In this document: positions 37,601-51,832 of the stretch, in pieces | Layout of the letters: the number at the start of each line of letters is the position of its first letter | How positions within the stretch are numbered: position 1 is the stretch's first letter | Assembly (NCBI RefSeq): GCF_009914755.1 | Contig: NC_060928.1 | DNA length: 64,000 nucleotides | DNA from: the human T2T-CHM13v2.0 reference genome, Homo sapiens | Direction: 5' to 3' (one strand) | Notes under the pieces: model-generated | Databases searched by the model: none | The model's input: only the letters and a program-made list of their open reading frames with translations | Told to the model about the DNA's origin: nothing | Position numbers and translations under genes: made by a program

Positions 37601-39504
37601 AACTGCCTCTGCAGGGCCCAGGGGCTTGCCGAGAATGCTTGCTCTGGCTAGAGAATAACAAATGAGGCTGGTAAATCTCGTGGTTTGGATTACATCATGA
37701 GAGCTCATTTCTGATGTTTTAGAAATTGGAATTGGCTCTTTGGACAATGGAGGTCCTTCCAAGAGTGGTTGCATTCCTAGAAAAAAATCTCATTACCACT
37801 GTTGCAAATATGTGTAATATATTTTTAGAGGGAAATACAACAAAGTAACAATCTGCATTTCATTGAAATTGTATAATGCTAGACTCTGGAAGTACACTGT
37901 CTTCAGAATCATACCTAACAGAGAACAAATAAATGAAAGCTTTTGATTTGACTTTAAATTTTACCTTGTTATGTGCTTCATTTAAAAAATTAGCGTGTAA
38001 GTGGGAAGTAAATTCACTCCTTTACCACTAATTTTACTATTTGCCTCTACTTGTCTTGGCATACTTTTTTTTATTAGTATGCATTTTATTAAGGCCTGAG
38101 AATGTTTCTGTAGATGATCAACTTCTTTCTGAGTTCACATAAAGTTATGGTGCCATCATTGCTTCATGGCATTTTTTAGAATGGAAAGAAGTTCTGAAGT
38201 TTACCTGGTCTCGCTTCTCACTTACAGGATTTTAAAAAATTATATCATTTTCCAAAAAAAATTCATAGCCTCTGCTTGAATACATTTTGAGATAAGCAGT
38301 TGAGAGTTTCCATTTCTTAATAGCTAATTCTTAGAAAGGTCTTCTGTATAATCAAATTTCTTAGGAGTTACAATCAAGGGGCCCATTTCTGCCCTCTGGA
38401 GACTAAATAAGTATAATTCTGCATCTACCCGATGACCCTTGCAATATGTCAAGATTGATATGCCCTCTTTTCCTGTCCCTTTTACTATTTATCTTTAAAA
38501 CTTAAGAAATACCTCTGGTTTCCTCAGTGTGACATTACCTTCTGGAACTATATCCAGAAACTATACTATATAATATGCCTCTACTCCTCTCGAGCTAGGC
38601 AGCTTGTAAGTCATTTGAGTGCAAAATGTTACATCAGCTCTTTATCGTTTTATTTAGATTTGGGAAAAGCAGAGAAATAGACAGTTATTTTAAATTAAAT
38701 GTTAAATTGTACACTGAAAACAGATGGGATTGGGATATGACTACATCACAGATAGTATTTGCCCACTCTTTCTTTAATAGGTGTGCATACCAAGCATCAG
38801 GGCTTAAATTGAGTTACAGTTGCAATCACACTCTTTTCTAAAACATTTAAAACATTCCAATTTACTTAGACATTTTAAAACATTACTGAAACTGATTTGA
38901 CACAACTGTTAGTTATAATGCTGAGCCTTAAATTCAGTTAAGGGTTGGAAGCTGTGGGTTGAGGTTTGAACTCTGGGTTGGTATTCTCCTGATTTTGCCT
39001 ATGGGACAAATCATGCTGACAATTTCTCACACCTTTTTTTTTTTTCCTCCCAACTAAATGAAAAGCTAAGAAAGTTGAAATTTCCATCTCCCCACAATTC
39101 CTTGGCTGAACTTTTAGGCCAATTGGGACTGTGTATGGATTATTTTAGACACCATTCACTGTGGTATTTCTGCTGGATATTGAAGTCACCTACCTTAGGC
39201 GCCTAAGACTGAATCACAAAAATCCTTTATCATTGTGTGTATTCTGGTTGACTGATGTTGCACAGGATTTCAGTTTAAAGTTTAGACCCCAGTAATCATC
39301 ATCTTAGTAAGCACAATGGAAAACTGCTGTAAAGAGTCATGTAACAAAAGGTGTAACCAACTTTTGATTTGCAATGCTTGAATTCTCCTGAATGTCATTT
39401 CATTCTTTTCTGAAATACAGGATGAGGCATGACACTACCAAATCACAGTCTCATTGTTGGGTATTTTCTATGTAACATAAGCTTTGTTTTTGTTTTCTCA
39501 AAAG

Positions 39505-39576
39505 GCGTTTAAACAGAAATCACCTTCAGCTGTTTCCTGAGTTGCTGTTTCTTGGGACTGCGAAGCTATACAGGCT
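39505..39576 (+). CDS. SLIT2: SLIT2 exon 4 (72 nt, one LRR unit)
   Basis: Acceptor tgttttctcaaaag|G, donor CT|gtaagt. Reads (L)[23 protein letters not shown](L). Confidence 0.97.
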
Positions 39577-41994
39577 GTAAGTAGACACAAATAGTTATTG
39601 TTGCTTTGGGTAGTACCTTGTGTTTTATTAAATGTATTTTGGATCTGTTTGTGTGTGCTTTCCTGGAATCTATTCATCAATAGATTAATGGATTAAAAGT
39701 TTGTGTTTTTTCTTTAGGAAATTTATGATTTGTTTTCTAGTGGTTCCAGTTGTTTTATTTGGTTAGGATTTAGCGGTTTATGTATGTGTTATGGAAATTG
39801 GATTATTATTATTTTTTTGGTAACGTGATGATGGCGAGATTTACCTACCTTTTAATGGAAATGTTTGATTAAGTTCTGAAGGGAGAAAATTGCTACTGTT
39901 TCCTCTTAAGAGGAAGTTGGCAGTGTGTTCTTGTAAAGTTGAGATTTTTAATGTCAGCTTTTTTGGTATTGTTTCTGGGCTCAAGTAGTCGTGTTTATTA
40001 GTCCGAAATATTATTATAAGGTATTTAAAGAGGGCTGTAAATTTCCTCTTAAATGTTTCCTTTAAAGCCACAATTTCAGCCTCTGCAATATGAATGACTG
40101 TATGGCAAGGTTTTCATATCAAATACGTCATAGACTATTAAAGGAAGTAATTCCTTAAAGGAGCATAATGTGAGTATTAGGGGGAATCACTTTTTCCTCC
40201 CTGGAATGCTTTTGCACTGACCTAATGTGTAATAGTGAAAACACATTTTGAAAGCATTTAAAATGAGATTTTCAGCCATATGAAATGACTTTGTGCAGAT
40301 GGGAGATAAGCTACAAAGTTTTGGAAAAATAAATAGCAATGATTATTGAGGTATATGCATGTTGTGAAAAAAACTGCTGGAATGTATAGAGTAAATTGCT
40401 CCATTAGCCCCCACCTGGATGGTGGGTGTCCCATATGGTACTGTTTGTAGAGAAAGTGAGCATAGTTCCTTTTTCTGAACTTGTCTTTGTAGCCTACTAG
40501 TTCAATGTGGTTATCAATTCCAGAAGTAGGAGGACTGTCCTCTCACACCCTTCACCCCCAAGAATAGCCAGGATCTTTGTTACATCCTCCTGAAACCTTA
40601 ACAACCTTAACTTACTATAGGGAGATATTCCCCAGCTGACATACCAGATCTCTCCAGAGTCTTTCCTGACTTTGTTCCTCTAAGGATAGCTAAAATCACC
40701 TGACATTTTTCTCTTCTTTTTTGTGTTCCCTGCTGCTCAATTGGACCAATTTAAGTAAATTTTAAAAATAAAATGAAGAAACCTTGGAATTGCATTTTTA
40801 ACAAAAATTATCTAATAACTATTTTTACTTAGGAAATAGGGTGTAGGTTTGCTATAAAGATTATAGGTATGCATATCAGTAGATAATTATATCTAAATAT
40901 TTGTGCTTAGTTTCTAAAAAGGGCCATAGAATTGGTTTTGATAGTATTTCACTTTCACCTTTAGTTATTGGTGACTGAGGAGATTTTTAAGGAATCGACT
41001 TGGATTAATTTCCCCCAGTTTAAGGTGGTATAATCCATTGCAGAATCCCTCATCAGCAAATTATATTCTCCTTGACATTTTGCCATCTTTGACAATATCT
41101 CATAGCAGACCAAGAGATTTTCTTTTATGTTTTGTTATGATTTTATAACTGTATGCAGCTGCTGTATGAAAAAAGACTTGAAATCTTTAAGTGAATTAAA
41201 GAAACAGAATCCATAAAACCTATGACAGCATTTCCTAATTAATTAAATGCGTGTTGGAAAATGGGGAAACAGGCAGCTAGAAAATGTGTTCAGATTTTTT
41301 TATGTGTCTTTCTGGCTCAAAGGATTTGTCCTGGGGAGTAATAACAGCTAAAGCAGTGTTTGTTAGGTGGAGCTAGTTACAAGAGGGATGTGAATATTTT
41401 TATGTTTCAGGAGTTATATAACTTGATGGCCTAGCACTCAATATTGACAAAGTGTATCCCTTTACATGAGATTTGACATCAGATTTAGGCACTGGATGTA
41501 CATAGAAAACTAGAGGTGGAATTTTTATTTGCATCCTCACGTCAGGAATCTTAATTTGAGTTAAGGAACTGTTGCTTCATCTGAATTAGACTTAGGTGAA
41601 TTGTTGAGTGCTTTTTCTCTCGAGAGAATAAGTTATAAGCTGCATGTGACCACTTGTTTATGATGGTGATAATTAATTAAATTAAACAACTGCCATTGGA
41701 AGTCTTTAATAAACAAAGGAACACGTGCTTGTGAAGCTCACTACTGGCTAGTGTAATTATGAAAAGCAAGGGTACAAGTTCACATTTTCTCACATGATAC
41801 AGATGCCAAGTAGCTCACCTGAAACAAATATTCTAGCAGATGGGAAAATGTGCACAAACCTATATGCACAACATCCTTTATAATGCTCATTTAAAAACAT
41901 ATTTTTTTCACAAGAAGAACAAGTGACAGAACAAAGGATATGGAATTTTTGACAAATAATGGGGAAAAATGATAGGACAAGGAAAGTATTTGAT

Positions 41995-42202
41995 AGTTGA
42001 TATATATATGATCGTTTTATAAATATGTGTAAAACAATATATAAGTATTCTATAAATATATATTTATAGAATATATGTTTTGACATTTATATAATATATA
42101 ATTATTATACATAGTATATATTTATATGTAATATAATATATAATTAATTTATATATAATATTTATATATAATTTATATTTATATATTATATATATATATA
42201 TA
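41995..42202. repeat. AT-rich/(TA)n low-complexity tract
   Basis: Degenerate TA repeats ending in a pure (TA)n run. Confidence 0.85.
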
Positions 42203-45200
42203 GCAAGCCATAGTTGCCCCTACTGTCTAATGCAGTAGAGGCATACTATATGCAGAACTCATAAAAAAACAAATTTAGGATTTACTTCCTCTGTATAGGT
42301 TGTTCCGAGATACGAATTAATGTTTCAATTTCTTTTCTTAGTTATTGTATACTTTATTCATACTTAACACTATGTTTTCCCAGGTATATCACTAATAAAA
42401 AAGTTTACTGGTTTAATACGTAGTTTATACACTGAAGTTTGATTTTTCGCATTGTTTGCTTAGATTAAAGCTAGTTGGATATACTGGACATTGTGTTGCT
42501 TTTCTTTGAGCTTTGGAATAAATAATCGCCCTTTGACTAGTGGTTGAAAATAAGATGCCAGGGGAAGAAGCACACATGCTTTTCATGGACTCTAAATGCA
42601 ATATAAAAGAAAAGGAGGGTATACTGTATATGAATTATGATTCGACACACTTGGTTGCTGCTAGCGGCCAAATATGCTTTTCCTTTGCTGTCTGCTCCAA
42701 TTTCTCTTTGGACGGGTTGAGAGAGCACTACATGTTCAGGTCAAGATGTTTGCTCAGAAATAGTAGTACAGTTGCAGCTGTGTTTGTTGGAGTAGGAGAC
42801 TAGTTTAAATAGCATTACCATTTATCCAGTCCATTAACAGAACTCTGTAAAATAATACCAACTCTGCATAAACTACAGGACAGTGTAATAAAATTACAAG
42901 CACTTGTTGACAGATGGAAAGTGCAAGTCCAGGGAAACTAAAATAAGGGACGATAGGTTGGAGGTTAAAAAAAAAAAAAAATAAGCCAGCATGAAGTTTT
43001 CTTAACTTATAGACTCTATCTTCCCCTTTGCTCCTCCTCCAAAATCAAGGTTGCATTTTTATTATGAACCTAAGAGTAGAGGAAATTATTTTTAAAGAAA
43101 TCTGGAGCTGGTTAACTGAAGAAGAGATTGCAGGGAATTTTGAAACAGTTGATTATGATTGATTGAAATTTATGAGTACTAATACAAATCTTCCTGATAA
43201 GTGTAACCTTAAAAGAGGCTTAAGAGTAAGTGATTCACACTTTTTGATGAGTTTGCGACTACTAATCTGGACTCATTAAAGAGGAATTTCATTGGTAGTA
43301 CTGCGGTTAGGCATTTGGTTATAAATATTTGTTTTGTGGTTTTCGGTTTATTTCTTTGAGTATATTATATTTACTGAGACTTCTAACGTAAGCTTAAGTA
43401 TCCAAAGCACTTTTTAGAAACTCATTTTTCACTTTTATCTGCCAAACCAAACCAAAACTAAACAAACAAACAAAAAGAACTGCATCTGTCCCAGGGACTC
43501 ATTTTCTCTACTTCTTTGAATGAAAACTTTTTACTTCTGGTTCTCAAGTGCCATTCATGATTCCCCAGTGAGTTTTGGAGCGACTAAATTATCTAACATT
43601 AGGAATGGTATTTTTAAGGCCAAAGACTCTCTTTATGGCCTAGTGAATACTTACCTGAGACAAATAGGTTTTGACTGCTTAATTTCATTGGCCAGGTCAT
43701 AATTCATTATCTCTCAGATAGGATTTCAGATTCTCAAAATTGCTTTTGATAACTATAATAATTGGGACTTTCTTAAGAGGAAAACTTAATTTTTTTTATT
43801 AAGGTAATCAATTAATTTGTTCAGCATAACAAATATATATAATTAAGCTGTCTTTATTTTCCTTTCCATCACTGCCATAGAAGGAGACTTATTTTTTTTT
43901 AATAGTTATAAGAGTAACACATGCTCATTGTAAAAAAGATCTAGGAAATTCAGAAAAAAATAGAAAATAGGAAGTAAAAATTATCTATTATCTCACTACG
44001 CAGATATAGCCATTATTATACTTATCAATTATTATCTTAGAATTATTTTTATGATTATACATATAAGTGCTACTTAGACGTGTATTATGAAAACTTTTTT
44101 TTAATGTCCCCAGGGTCTAGTATAAGGCTTGACCTTTAGAAGCTCTCATCAAGTGTTTGATGTATTGAATTAAATCTCTGTTGGGTTCAGGGTTTGTAAC
44201 TTGAATGAGCAAATAGTAACTCTGGGACGGCATTATAAATAATGGAGAACCAAATTAAATTTAAAGGATAACTTGGTCAATTAAATGTTTGATTCCCCTA
44301 GGTTTCTCAAACATTGAAGTGTTTCAGTAGACATAACACAATCAAAATGATCCATTTTTCACCTAAGCAAAATATACCTTAATTTAATAAAATGTTTTAT
44401 AAAACGAACTCCCTAGTTCTTGGATGTCAGTTTAGTCTCATAGGTTTCTTGGAGTCAACCATGAAAGCAGGATACAACAGAGGAGCCCATGTACAAATTT
44501 CTCTTGAATTAATTTCTGCCAGCTCTGATTAAAGTGTGGACTACTAGAGATGTCAGGTGCCATCGTTTCCTGCTTCATTTTACTCTTGGCCTGTTTGGCC
44601 CCTGCCACAATAAATCCGACTGTGATTGTGCAGGAATTGCAGGTTACAGTTGCTACGGTTACTGTTGTTCAGCCAGACCGACATCATTACTCATCTAGCG
44701 CGCTGCCATGATAGCTACCGCTGATTTCTGTTGCTGAGACTGCCAAAGAGCTTCATGTGCTAAGGGTGAAAGTTCCGTCGAAGGTGGCGTCTGTGTTCTA
44801 ATTTGGTGTAAGGAAACACTATCTGAATTATATACTGATACTTTGCTAAGGGGAACAGATTGACTCTGTATCGAGAGAGAAAACTTAGAAAAGTGTTCAC
44901 TTTCAGTGATTAAAACACCAAGTCCTTCATTACTAAGGTAACTTTTTAATTACTTATTGGGCCCAAGGGACTATGTTTTTGCCACTTAAAAAATAGAGGC
45001 ATACAAGGAGTATTGCATTTAAAAAAATTACCACTATTTAACCAAAACTTTATTTTCAAATAGATAGGCAACAGACTTGATATATGGACATCTGAACACA
45101 ACTCAAAATAGCCATTACCACTTGTCATGAAAGAAAGAAAAGTGCAAAGCCCTGAGCAGGACCTACTTCTACTTTTATTTTTTAAATCAACGTGTAATCC

Positions 45201-48200
45201 TGTGATTTAAACGTCCTAAATCCAATGAAGATTAAGATCATATTTGAGATTTTGCCAGATCTAGTGTTGATGGTTTTTACTTCAAAGGAATTACTAATAG
45301 ACTTGTTGCTAAAGAAAGCTAACAATTGTCCGGTTTCTGCTGTTACCAACACACAGAGTGGACCTTCTGAGTGTGAAATCCACAGCATAGCTCATAGCAT
45401 AAGAAAATCAAATGCAAGAATGCAAGAAAGTTTCTGTGTTTTTTTTTTTTTCACTCAGCTGTACTTATTTAAACGACTGCTTTCACAAGTGCAAATGTTT
45501 CTAACTCCACCAACAAGTACTTATGGACTGCCAACTTGAATTTGTAGAATACTATGATCAATGCTCAGAAGGGAAACTAACAAAATATGTGGCTCTATAT
45601 AATATGTGGTATTTGTGGGCCTCAGCTGTTGCTAACGTCTGACCTATACTGCGTGAATTAATGCCTAGAGAGTTCATTGAGAGTGATCAAATATGTGAAT
45701 TTCAGTCTATCATATTCATGTAAAAAATATATCGTATACACATAATCAGGTAATATTTTAAAGTTTTTAAATAATGAAATTGCCACTACAATCTCAAGGT
45801 TACAATTTTGGGGACTGAAATTTACATAAACATTATTTCTAGGAATAAGGGTTGGTAGGGTTTTAGTTATATTTAGGTAATTTTAATGTATTTGCTTTAT
45901 GTTTTAAGACACTGAAATCAATTTACTTTCTATCTTAAGGGAGGTTGTGTAAAATGATAGTGTTTAAATGCCTACTCAGATACTTGCAGTTCTGTTAACT
46001 TTGGAAGTCAGTAGACAACCGTATTGTTGAGGTTTCTTATCTGTAAAATGGGAAGGATCATACAATTTACTTTCTGGGGATAGCACAGTAAAATTTAGAT
46101 TCCATATTCAAAGGAACATTGTAAATTTTCAAGTATGATAGAAACTATAATTATATTATTGTCATCCTTTCATTGCAAGCAAGATGGAAATGATAGTCAC
46201 TCAGATGTCCTTGCAACTTGCCCTCAGTCAGCAAAGTTCCTGATACTATTGCACAGCCCTCTTGCATTTATCCTTACTGTAGTAACACGTAAATATGTGT
46301 AGTCACATTAATTATCTTACCACAGCAAATTGACATAAAATGTGCATTTGTACCATGTTATTTCTCTTTACTTGGCTGCAGAAGGTACATTAGGGCCAGG
46401 ATATTCTTAATGAGATCTCTTCATGCTCTCCCAGTTGATGATTCATATAGTTTTAAAATTCATCTATAAAATAAATTACAGATAGAAACAAAAAGACTGT
46501 GACTCAGGAACTATTTGTTAGTGCATATATTTAGATTGCTGTTTTAATGATGTGTTTTTCTGAATGACAAATGAAGGAAAAATACAAATGTTAGAAAATG
46601 CTGAGTAAACTCCTTAAACTATAGGTAAAGTATTCTGAAAGTTGTTCAGAAGATTTACATATGTTGCTAAGGAACACTTTCACTACTAATAAAAATTTTA
46701 TTTTTTAAAATAATATAAGATTACTCTGTTAGCTTTGTAATATGTACATATGATTTGATCTATGGAACATTGTCATCTTTATATAAATTGCATAGGTGAT
46801 TTTAAGTGTATTTTTAGACTACTAATTATGTCAAAATCCAGTAAAAATTGCAAATCTTTTAGCACTTTAAATCTAAATAATGTTACATTATGAGACAAGT
46901 TTGAACCAGAAGTCGTTTTGTTTTGTTCTTTTTTCCACAATTCCAGTACTTCTCAAAGTAGCATAGATCTATATGGTGTATATCCACTCATTACATGTTA
47001 CCTATAACTGAGTTGATTATAATCACTGAATTTTTTCTGGAGGGTTAACCTTAAAATATTTTATAAATTTTGATATAAGAAACCTTTGGATGGAAGTTTT
47101 AAAAGAAACTAAATCTTAGAGAAGGAAGCAGTGAAGAGTAAAAAGACCAGTCCTTGACAACACCTATGGCCTAGGGTACAGCATAGAGGTGTGAAATGTT
47201 ATTAAGAGAACATCTGTGTCTCTTGAAACATCCCCCAAATGAAAGTTTATAGCAAAGTATGGCAACTTGATTTAAGTGTTAAAAACAAAACAAACAAACA
47301 AACAAACAAAAACTTAAAAGAGAAATAAGTAAATCTGGAAACAGAATTGGAAAAAATAGCTTTGCCCCATCATGATAGGTTTCTTCTGCTAGTGAAAGAT
47401 TAAAGCTCGAAGTATGTGAATAGCTGAGAACAGCACAGAGAAAGGTTGATTGCTTCCCCTCCGACAGTTCCAATTGATTGAAAAAAGCCTAATTTAAAGT
47501 TCTGTTTGTTCTATGTCTTAAACCATCAGAATTCTCTTTTGGGACCTGAGGAATGCTCTGGAGGAAAAAGAATCCAAGGATAAAAAGTCATTGCAAGCCA
47601 ACAATTGTTCCTAATCCTCACAAAATGCTGGAGAAATTAAATTTATTCTTTATTGCTCAAAGTGTTACCTAGGTCACTGGGCGATGGGAAAATTGGACTG
47701 GAAGTCGAGTAGGCGCAAGCTTTGTTTTGTGTCTAGATGCTTAACCTTAGACACGACAAGGCATCTTAGAGTGTTGTGGGAACTTGGTTCAGAGCATTAA
47801 CACCAAGACTTTTATTACCCCGGATTTATAATAGGCTGTGCTGTCAGGAGATGAAAATGTTGTGTTTACATTTCAGTGTTAAATGATCATTTAATTAACA
47901 CCTAAGGGGAAAAAAAACTTGTGAAATTCTTAGCAGCTTTTATTGTTGGTTTCCTGGGAGGTTTTAATATCCAAGTTTCATTGAGAATTTTTTTGTAAGT
48001 AAAGACACAAAAGACATTATAAACTTTTTAAGGAAGACAAACAGTTTAACCTTGACCCTTTAAAAAAATATTAATTTAAATTAAATTTTAAATCTGGTGT
48101 TCTTCTCATAAGTTTCTAGACTAATATATTAAAATACATTTTGATTGGACACTACTTTTGTGTAAACAGTATATAAATATGATTGAATTTACATTATACA

Positions 48201-48397
48201 TTTTCTAGGGTAAAACATTTGAAATTACTGATTAGTTTATCTTAAGAAGTTTAAAATGTTTAGAACACTGACTTAAACATTTTGCATCTGTTAAACTACC
48301 ACTGTAGTTACATTGTTTAGAATCTGCCTCAATGTAGGTATTCATATGCAAGCATATTCTATTGGTAAGTTATGTCATTATTCTATTATTTTTAATC

Positions 48398-48464
48398 ATT
48401 AATTTGGATATAGCTACATCATGATGAAAGATTTTCATCATGATGTAGCTATATCCAAATTAAT
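48398..48464. repeat. Perfect 32-bp inverted repeat with 3-nt spacer
   Basis: attaatttggatatagctacatcatgatgaaa-gat-tttcatcatgatgtagctatatccaaattaat, checked base by base. Confidence 0.97.
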
Positions 48465-50226
48465 ATATATATATATACACACACAAACACAATAGGGAAG
48501 AATAATGCCATTAATATGAAAACTCAGATTCACTTAATTAGAAATAACTAAAAGATTAGACGTCATAAAATGCTTTTATTTACTCTTGCTCTTTTATGAG
48601 ACAGTTAACCAAAAAGGAATGGTCTTGAGGCAGAGTGATAACATTTGGAAGATGTAATGTGTACTGTCAAGAGTAGCTGCATAGTTAGTAACACTTTAAG
48701 GGTACCTCTCTAAAACTATCTTTAAAGTTTACATCTTTTTTATTCCCATTTTATCTGAATATGAAGCTTTATGTTCAAATATATGAAACTTAAAAAAAAT
48801 TTACCAGTTTACATGCTGTTAAAGTAAAATCTTTCTTAATTTTTCCAGAAATGAACATGTCATTATGATGTAGTCTTTTTCTAAATACACTGTTTATGTT
48901 CACACTGAAACAGAAATGCTTATCTGTTTTTTTTGTTGTTGTTGTTGTTTAAATTCAAATGCCTCAGGATAAAACCCACTCTCTGTCTTATTCATGATAA
49001 AGAAGTGCATGGAAAATGGAATGTTGTTAAAATCTCTCAATAAAAAGCCCTGCTTTTAACTAAGGATTATACCCTCACTTACAAAACACTACTGAGCAAT
49101 TATGTAGGCACTTTTTATGATGTTATATGCTCTACTTACTTCTATCAAGTTTCAACCTTTCTGCAAACTTTCCTCATTTTTTTTAACACACTTTGATCTT
49201 TTTCTTCCCAAAGCGACTTTTCTACCCAGCCTCTTGTCACAAAAACCCAGAAATAGGAATATCGCTTTAAACATTTTATCTTCTTTACGTAAGGACCAAC
49301 CTTCTGGTTGAGTTAGTTGCAAGACAAAACAAACAAAAACAAAAACAAAAAAAACACAAAACATTGTCCAGAAGTATAAAAGAGTGAAAGACAAGAGAAA
49401 GAGAGGAGTAACAAAACCTGGTTATTTAATATAATAGCCAGGGTATTCTAAATGGTATAGTTTGTCATACCAACTGATATTCCAAGCCAATTGGGTGATG
49501 CCAGTGGTGGGGGGCGGTGGGGGGAGGGCGTGTGGAGGGGGAAGCGAGAGGTGGGCATACTGAGTGCTTAAGAAACGTACAGAAGAAGAATAAGTATTTA
49601 GGGAAATTATAGGAAATTCCATTTAACATAGATAAATGTATTTCTTTTATACTAAGGAAGTCAATGCTGTGCTTTTATACGGAGAAAGTCAGTGTTAAAA
49701 TTTCATACATTCCTTTTTTGAAATCTCTGCTCAGAAACTAAAAAGAAATATTTCAGTATTTATTTTAGATAAACTCTCCAGGCTTGCCTCTTAAAAAAAA
49801 TAGGAATAACTTCTAAATACAATCTGTGCTAACAAATATATTTGACAGTTACTCTAAGTCATTTCATGTATTGAGGTTGGGAAATAAAATATCGAGAAAT
49901 ACTCTGTATTGTACTTGGCAGTGATTAGTTAAAATTAACCTCCCATTTATATCACACTCTTTCACTTGGCTTTGATGACCCACCATAATGTAGTTCTGCA
50001 TTACCTCTTCAACGTTATCATGCTATCATAGCAGATCTACCGTATCTCAAGCAAGCAGATTTTCCCATTGCTGCCTGGAAATTCCCAGCATTATTTCTGG
50101 ACTTCTTTCTTTCCTCCTTCCTCCTCATATGGGCCTCAGCTCCTCTACTAAAGCTTTCTCAATGGTTTTAGTTACCTCCACATGATCATTCATTATAATA
50201 TGGTACAGACTATTGATTCTATGGTA

Positions 50227-50445
50227 CATTATAATGTGGTACAGATGGTTGATTCAGACCACCTGGGTTTGAGTCACTGAATGTGTCATCTTGGGAATAT
50301 CACTCAATTACCTGCCAAGCGCCTCAGTTTTTCCTTGTGTAAAATGAGGATACTAGGAGTATGTTTCTTATGGAAGTGATGTGTGGAGTAAATTATTTCC
50401 TAAATGAACTGAGCTTACTATGGTACTTGGCATATAATAAGTGGC
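50227..50445 (+). mobile_element. MIR
   Basis: cagaccacctgggtttgagtc...gcctcagtttttccttgtgtaaaatgaggata. Confidence 0.75.
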
Positions 50446-50751
50446 ATGTACTTACTTTTTTTGCTTCCTTTTATCATTAAAACTGTATCACTGTTTCCTG
50501 TCCCATATAATGGGTTGTCACATATAATTCTTTAATCGTAACCTGTGTATTAACTTTGCCAAGATTCCTGTCTTATATTTGTCCTTGTTTCATATGTAGC
50601 ATCCAGCCTAGTACAGGTCGGCTAATAAATATCTTTTTGATGAAATAGTTGGAAATTAAGCCTGAGAAAGACACTACCAATAGATTGAATTTGGGATGAT
50701 ATATGTTGAGGTGTGAAAAAAGCACTGGATCAGAAGCCAAAAGGCTTTTAC

Positions 50752-51088
<337 letters not shown>

Positions 51089-51533
51089 TTACATTCCTAG
51101 CTCTGCTGATCACTAGCTGCAGTTGCTGAGCAAAGATACTGGCTTTTTTTTGAGGATCAGTTTCTGTGTTTATATATGAGTATGTAGTAAGTCAGATAAG
51201 AGAGGGACCTTGCCCAATGTGTTCACCATCCTATTACCAGAATTTAGCAGAAGGCCTCCAAGCCTCTAGGGAATGTGTGAAGATAATTGAGGGAAAGGAA
51301 GGAGATCAAAATACATCTAAGATGTGTTCTCTCTGTTTTTCAAAAATTTACAGGGAACTCTACACAGGCCCTGGAATAATTACAGTGGTGGAGTTATTCA
51401 TGGTAATAAATCAGGAATTAGATAATTAGGTTGTGGATAAGTGATTTGAGATTATTCTCTCTATTATTAGCTTACATTTTGAATGGCTTTGCTATTAAAT
51501 GTGAATTGTTTGAAGGCTTATATTAAAAAAATG

Positions 51534-51832
<299 letters not shown>

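Noticed and set aside
45866-45882. AG|GT recursive-splice-like sites (atttag|gtaatt; also ttccag|gtaaac near 58813)
   Set aside because: Short pyrimidine tracts and weak donors; expected by chance.
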